A DNA stretch of 15,743 nucleotides from Paraspadella gotoi. Taxonomy: Eukaryota > Animalia > Chaetognatha. This document shows, piece by piece, positions 10,686 through 15,743 of this stretch. The stretch spans positions 1-15,743 of the forward strand of contig JBJCIZ010001397.1 in assembly GCA_051294375.1 (NCBI GenBank). The letters run 5' to 3'. A program made the translations under genes and the position numbers. The notes below the pieces were generated by a model. That model had not been told where the DNA came from and did not search any database. It saw only the letters and a list, made by a program, of their open reading frames with translations. The first letter of the stretch is position 1. The number at the start of each line of letters is the position of its first letter.

Positions 10686-11356
10686 TAGTTTAATCGTTGT
10701 CTTTGTCGTCGTGTTCATCGTCGGCGGCGTTTCTTCCTTTTAGGGCTAAAGTTAAATCTAGATACGCCCGGGCGGGTTTTTCAATCGGCGGGACCCTCCG
10801 GGCTTTCATCTTCCGCCCTACTTTCCCTTGATTGTCTTTAATTTTTGAGAGATTTCAAAAATGCGAAAAACAAAAAAAAAAAAATTTTGTCGTACTTTCT
10901 GTTTCTGTTCTCTTCTTTGACGATTCTTTACAATTTACATTAATTGTTTGTTTGCTTCATTTTCATTTTCTTTTTGTCTCCTTTTTCTCCCTCTCATTTT
11001 TTTCCTTTCATCTCTTTCATTTTCCTCTTTTTTTCTTTTCTCTCTCTTCCTTTTCCTTTCTTTATTCTTCCTTTTTCCTTCTTCCGCGCCACCATACACT
11101 TTTCCCGAATCCTGAGCGAATCTCCAAAACACGTGACGTTTATGTCTTTACTCTACTTCCTTTTTTTTTCTTCTTTCCATTTTTTTTTTCATTCTTTTCT
11201 TTCCTTCCCTTCGATTTCCACTCCATTACACCATAACCGTAAGGAACTTATATTTCCTAACCTTCGCAAATGTTTTTATTGTCTCCGGCGAGAAAATTTT
11301 TTACCTACGATTGGTATTTTGGTTTGAAATTGAAAGGATTATCCTCGAAGTATACA

Positions 11357-11539
11357 TGTAGGATTCGATCAGGTTTCTTCTCTCTCTCAGCTTGAAGAGT
11401 CTCGGCGAATCGCCAATTAAACATTTTAAAATGAATCCGTTTTTAATTAACACATAAGTTATTTTATAAACAATTTATTAATGTCAAAATAAAATAATCA
11501 TCTCTGGGATTTGATCCCGGGACTTATCAGTCACGACCA
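11357..11539 (+). repeat. Candidate 5' LTR
   Basis: Starts TGTAGG (11357), contains AATAAA (11488-11493), ends ...gacCA (11539) and is followed after 1 nt by TGG (11541), as expected for a PBS. There is no second LTR to confirm it. Confidence 0.25.
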
Positions 11540-11845
11540 GTGGCTTAATGTTTCTCTCCATCTCAGCATCACTCGAGACTCCCACCACCTTCTACGAGTC
11601 AGATCACGCCAAGACGCCCGCGCAACTCAATAGATGCCGCTCCCAAATTCCGAGCGTCACCACGAGGTCCCAAGCAGCCGTTCTCCGCGCCCCACCCTCA
11701 CTCGGTCGCGGTCGTCTCTCTCCCTCGCCCGCATCGCCGACGAAGAGGTCGAGCTCCCCCAGCGGTTGGTCAAGGAGCCCCAGAGACTCCAACGGTGTTT
11801 TGTTTTTCCCGATCAATCCGGAAGCCTTCGCGGACGCCGCGGATA

Positions 11846-12773
11846 TGGCAGAGGCCCGAAACACAGACTGAAGTCGAAGCACTTCGCGCGGCACTAGACG
11901 CCGCCATGGCCGCTACGCGCGCCGCGCAGGAGGCGCTCGCCCGATCGGAGAAACCTAAGAACCGGACCTGCCGCCTTCGACCGCAACAACATCGAAATAT
12001 GGATTAGAAGGAATAGAAGCCGCGTATACGCGAGCAAAAGTCATCACAGCAAAGGACAAATCGCCTTTATTGGAGGCGAAATTTCTGTCGACGTCGGACC
12101 CACGATCAACGCCTTTCTGTACGGAAGAGCCATCGGAGCCAAGGTGGACGGCTTTTTATCGAATTACTTGCGCACTGAATACGGTCTCACGAAGCGTCGT
12201 TCAGGCCGAGATCTCCTCGCGCCCAAAATCGCCCGTGGATGACATTGCGCCCGTCACAACACCTGGCCCCGCCTTGTGGAAAAATCGTCGACTTGACGAT
12301 CGACGATATCCGAAAGGAGCTGGTCATCAGAGGTCTTCCTGTTCGTCGATCAACGAATGTCACTTGGACGCCGCCGAAGCATCAACTGCAGGCAGCGGAA
12401 CCTGGCCGCCGATAGCGAACTCAAAACACTTCGACCGGCCGGGAAGCCACTCTAACAAGGGAGCGCCGCCTCATCAATCAACCCATCACGCACGACGACG
12501 AATTTTCCTCTCCAGCGAGGAGAGCAGCACCCTGAGGTCAATGCGGTGAATCGCGCCGTGAACGCCCCCACCTTTTCCGCTCGGCCAAACCACCGCCCCC
12601 GGCGCCACTGGCGCGCAAACTGGAAAACCCGAGAACGCCACCTCTCCGATTTGAAGCAAGTTTTGTCAATTTCACCTGAAATTTGAGACCCAGCCTATCG
12701 CTGTGAAAGAGGCTGCGCGCGGTTACGGTTGAAAAACGCGCCACCAAAAGCCGGGGAAAACGGCCAGGCGTGA
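11846..12773 (+). pseudogene. gag: gag-like polyprotein, frameshifted
   Basis: Cross-frame reconstruction: ATG at 11846, TEVEALRAALDAAMAATRAAQEAL, PDLPPFDRNNIEIWIRRIEAAYTRAKVITAKDK (~11963-12060), LRPSQ-like and DDIRKELVIRGLP segments, Cys/His box CQFHLKF(G)DPAYRCERGC (12664-12716), TGA at 12771-12773. Confidence 0.75.
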
Positions 12774-12829
12774 CAAGGCGCAGGTGACACGCCATTCCCC
12801 GCCAGACAACCATTCACCATCAAGATTCG

Positions 12830-13170
12830 TATTCTCCTTCCACGTTGTTTGACGCCAGCCGTGTAAAGGCGTGGCTGCATAGATGGAGGCGATGCTTTCA
12901 GTCAAATTCCGCGCTCACGGCTTTCTGAACAAACGCGCCGCGGGCACTTCCGGCTCCGCAGCACTGCAACGCCGCAATAATGGTACACCATTGCTTTGTT
13001 TTGGAATGTTACCAAAAAATATTACTCTCAGGTCCAGACGTTTCCCTTTCGAGGTTCTAAGTAGCAGACGTGACGCAAAGGTATTTTAGGCGTCCGACTT
13101 TCTCGCCCCAATACTTCCTCGCCCCCAACCACCGAGCAGTTTGCTTCTTGCATCTCAACAGACTATTCGA
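12830..13170 (+). pseudogene. pol: Retropepsin-type aspartic protease domain, frameshifted
   Basis: WL(I)DGG at 12872-12890; an LQ-AANGT-like motif at ~12964-12987; FPFEVL(V)ADVTQGILG(A)DFL at ~13041-13104, matching the typical ...VADV..ILGADFL end of gypsy proteases. Confidence 0.75.
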
Positions 13171-13299
13171 ACGATCGCTGCCGCCGAGCATCATTGGCCA
13201 AACCGCCTCCATGTCCACTTCGCAGGTAGGGACAATCAAGTTTTATAAATTGCTAGACGCTATCCTGCTTGTGTACGCCGACCTTTGAAATAAAAGAAC

Positions 13300-14110
13300 C
13301 AAGCATGGGATCCTGCCATATATTACGACGCAAGGTCGGGCCCCAGTGTCAGGCACGCGCACGTCGCCTTCACCAGAAGAAATTAGCGGTCGCGAAGCAG
13401 AATCTGGACAAAAATGTGGAGCATTGGAGTCGCTGTTCGGGCAAGAGCCCATGGTGCATCGCTCCCCTGCACTGTGCCCAAAGGGAAGACGGAGGATGGC
13501 GTCGTTTTCGGTGCCGGCATTTCGTCAGTTAAACGCTCAGACGATCCCGGACGATACCGGTGAAAATTACTTGGGCGGATTTCAACGCCCAGCGCATGGA
13601 AGTAAGAACGTTTTGACTTCGAACACGATTGAGTCCCTACTGCGTACAAGTTACCCACCAGATCCCAGCTGGCAAAAGCTCGAGGACGATCCCCAAGACG
13701 GCGGTATCACACCGTTTTAGGCCTGTACGAGTTTTTTCTAAGACACCCTTTGGGTTCAAAAAACGCTGGCACAAGACTTTAGCGGTTGATGCGATGGAGA
13801 TACTCGGCGGTTTACCACGGGTTTATGTCTATCTGGACGACACCTTGTGGCAAGCGAGTGATGACGAGCAGCTACTCAAAGGATCTGGAGGAGGTGTCTT
13901 CGAGGCTCTCTGCAAGAGAATGGTCTGGTGATTCAACCGGAAAAAATGCATTCTCGGCAAGAGTCACTGGAAGTTTCTTTGGCTACCATTGTCGACGGGA
14001 GTGCGTTGAAGCCACTTCCCAGCGCGTTGACGCCCTGCGTCAACACAGCACCACGACCGTCAAGGAATGCAGCGTTCTCCTGGAATTGGTCAATACTACA
14101 AGAGATTCAT
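13300..14110 (+). pseudogene. pol: Reverse transcriptase domain, frameshifted
   Basis: QARARRL, KSPW..PLH, DGGWR, FRQLNAQTIPD, HQIP, IPKTAV, TPFG, EILGGLPRVYVYLDD (YLDD at 13830-13841), GLVIQPEKC, KFFGY. Confidence 0.95.
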
Positions 14111-14269
14111 TCTAAGAGATAGCGCACACGCGACGCCGACTCTATGATGCCCTCAAAGCAAACCGCGCCCCTCGATTTGGTCATCAGAGTGCCAACAAGG
14201 ATTCGACGCCGTTCAAAGAGGCCTTTGGCGAATGCCGTCCTCCTTCGTTCAATTCCAAAAAACCGGCGC

Positions 14270-14645
14270 CTTCACTTCTCATTGACTACTGACGCATCCG
14301 GACCATGCAGTTCAGTGTGAGCAGCGAGGACCGCAAGGCTGGGAACCGCTAGCTTTTCCTCTGCCAAGTTGAAAGCGACGCCCAACGGAAGTGGGGCGCC
14401 CTTTGAAGGAGGATTGTACGGCCGCCTTTAGGGCTGTCAGGGGCATTTTCCGCCCCTTGGTGGAAGGGGCGCGCTTTCGTTTTGTATACCGACCATATGA
14501 GTTTGATTCACGCGCTCGCACAAAAAGACGGACCCCAAAACAGCCCGTCACACTCAGCTTCTCGGCCATCGCCGGACATAACGACGGACATTCGCCACGT
14601 CGTAAGGAAAGGGCCAACGTCGTGGCCGATGCCCTATCACGCCCG
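14270..14645 (+). pseudogene. pol: RNase H domain, frameshifted
   Basis: LTTDAS (14282-14299), QGWEPLAF, AAFRAVR.FRPLVEG, YTDH (14485-14496), NVVADALSRP (14616-14645). Confidence 0.93.
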
Positions 14646-14889
14646 AATCAGGGGCTCCGACATTTCTAGCAAGCCCCTGAGCGCAAGAAAGTCGGAGCAT
14701 TTTGCCCCTTGTCGCATTTCTTGCTGGCAGCCCAAGCATCGACCTTCGTGAAATGCACGCCAACAGCCCCTTAGGACCGAGATTTTGTCGGCTCTTACAG
14801 GATTCCTAGCAACGGGACTTACACTTCCGTCGAATTCAACTCGGCAACGAATCATCGTAGTGATCTCTCCAACGGCCCGCCAAGGACCC

Positions 14890-15600
14890 TTTTGTTCCGG
14901 AGGCATGCGCCGCAAAGTCTTCAAACGATCCACGAACTCGGCCCACCGGGCTTTCGCGCGAACGCGAGACGCGTGCCGAGAAATTTTGTATTGGCCCACG
15001 ATTGCGTGCAGATGTTGACGCGATGGCGCGTGAGTGCGTCGCCCTGTCAACGCGCAAGGGTGGACGCGCCACATTACCCAGAATCGGCGAATTCAGCGTT
15101 CCACCGCGCCGGCTTCCAGCATTGTAAATGTGGAACCTGCTCAAAATGCCTTCGTTCAAATGGCTTCAACCTACCTTCTTCACGCCTGTTGAAGGGTTAC
15201 AAGATGCCAATGCAGTCCCGATTGAAGACATTACGGGGCCACTGTCGCCGATGCCTTTGCACATCACTGGGTCGCGACATTCGGCATCCCGCAGAAATCA
15301 CGACGGACCGTGGCTCCCAATTTTCGTCAACGATCTGGAGACAGCTCGCCAAAAACGTGGATTGTCAACTCCATTTGACGGCAGTCCTATCATCAGAAGC
15401 CAACGGATGTCGAGCGTTCCATCGCGAGCTGAAGGAGTCGCTCATCGCAATTGCCACGGACAATCCCAAGGGTTTGGTACTGGCACGACTTCCCCAGCGC
15501 TTCTAGCCATCCGCACCACCATTAAGCCAGACGTGGGCGCCTCCCCCAGCACAATTAGTCTATGGAGAGCCCTATCACGGTGCCTGGCGATCCGTCCTGC
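14890..15600 (+). pseudogene. pol: Integrase (HHCC zinc-binding region and DDE core), frameshifted
   Basis: IHEL(A)HPG at ~14928-14950, YWPTI, ECV.CQRARV at ~15032-15062, HWVATFGIPAEITTDRGSQF (ITTDRGSQF at 15297-15323), ANG..E.FHRELKESL, LLAIRTTIKPDVGASPAQLVYGEP. Confidence 0.93.
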
Positions 15601-15657
15601 CGAGCCAATCTGCAGAGGAGGAACGACAGCTCGCAACGCGATCTCTCTCTTTGTGTG

Positions 15658-15743
15658 TGAATAGAAGAAATCGTGGGACAGGACGGAGATGTAAGCGATT
15701 AGGGATTAAATCTTTATCTAGAAAATCTAAATGTTTAAGTAAA
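15658..15743 (+). repeat. Third copy of the segment at 4221-4333 (reverse complement at ~5573-5658)
   Basis: atagaagaaatcgtgggacagga(c/g)ggagatgtaagcgattagggattaaatctttatctagaa...aaatgtttaagt is shared almost exactly. Confidence 0.95.

Larger units (their letters stand above)
11357..15640 (+). mobile_element. Ty3/gypsy LTR retrotransposon, 3'-truncated in this sequence, heavily frameshifted
   Basis: Domain order gag-PR-RT-RNaseH-IN (gypsy order), reconstructed across frames. There is an abrupt shift to GC-richer, microsatellite-free sequence. The 5' boundary is uncertain and no 3' LTR lies in the window. Confidence 0.93.

Noticed and set aside
10765-10820. Small GC-rich patch with the palindrome cgcccgggcg
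   Set aside because: A 10-bp palindrome with no supporting structure; compatible with chance.
140-11327. Many ORFs with poly-SL, poly-RE, poly-R/V or poly-F/K runs (e.g. 140..502, 6400..6606, 6690..6878, 9310..9498, 10832..11236)
   Set aside because: They are translations of microsatellites and poly-A/T tracts, which lack stop codons; no domain signal.
11604-15636. Minus-strand ORFs within the retroelement
   Set aside because: They are antisense shadows of GC-rich gag-pol sequence with no recognisable motifs.
1-15743. CRISPR arrays, tRNA or rRNA genes
   Set aside because: No repeat-spacer periodicity, cloverleaf or conserved rRNA motifs seen on reading.

Overview
Eukaryotic genomic DNA, AT-rich and full of (GA/CT)n, (GAC/GTC)n and poly-A/T tracts. 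It has three parts. (1) Bases 1 to ~9827 form one giant, almost spacer-less palindrome: 1-~4963 is the reverse complement of ~4964-9827. A 25-N gap at 4288-4312 in the left arm corresponds to zero missing bases in the mirror arm. (2) ~9830-11350 is single-copy within the window, microsatellite-rich, with possible small exons. (3) ~11350-15640 is a GC-richer Ty3/gypsy LTR retrotransposon on the + strand (gag with Cys/His box, protease, RT with YLDD, RNase H, integrase), broken by very frequent 1-nt indels. It is cut off at ~15640-15658 and joined to a third copy of the segment 4221-4333. The pattern of arm-to-arm differences, the zero-length gap and the indel-riddled but motif-conserved pol suggest that much of this architecture is a long-read or gap-filling artefact. 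A real hairpin or fold-back structure cannot be excluded without raw reads. I found no well-supported novel biological system. The best biological leads are the palindrome (if real), a candidate -1 frameshift signal at the gag-pol junction and a D-G-G protease active site.
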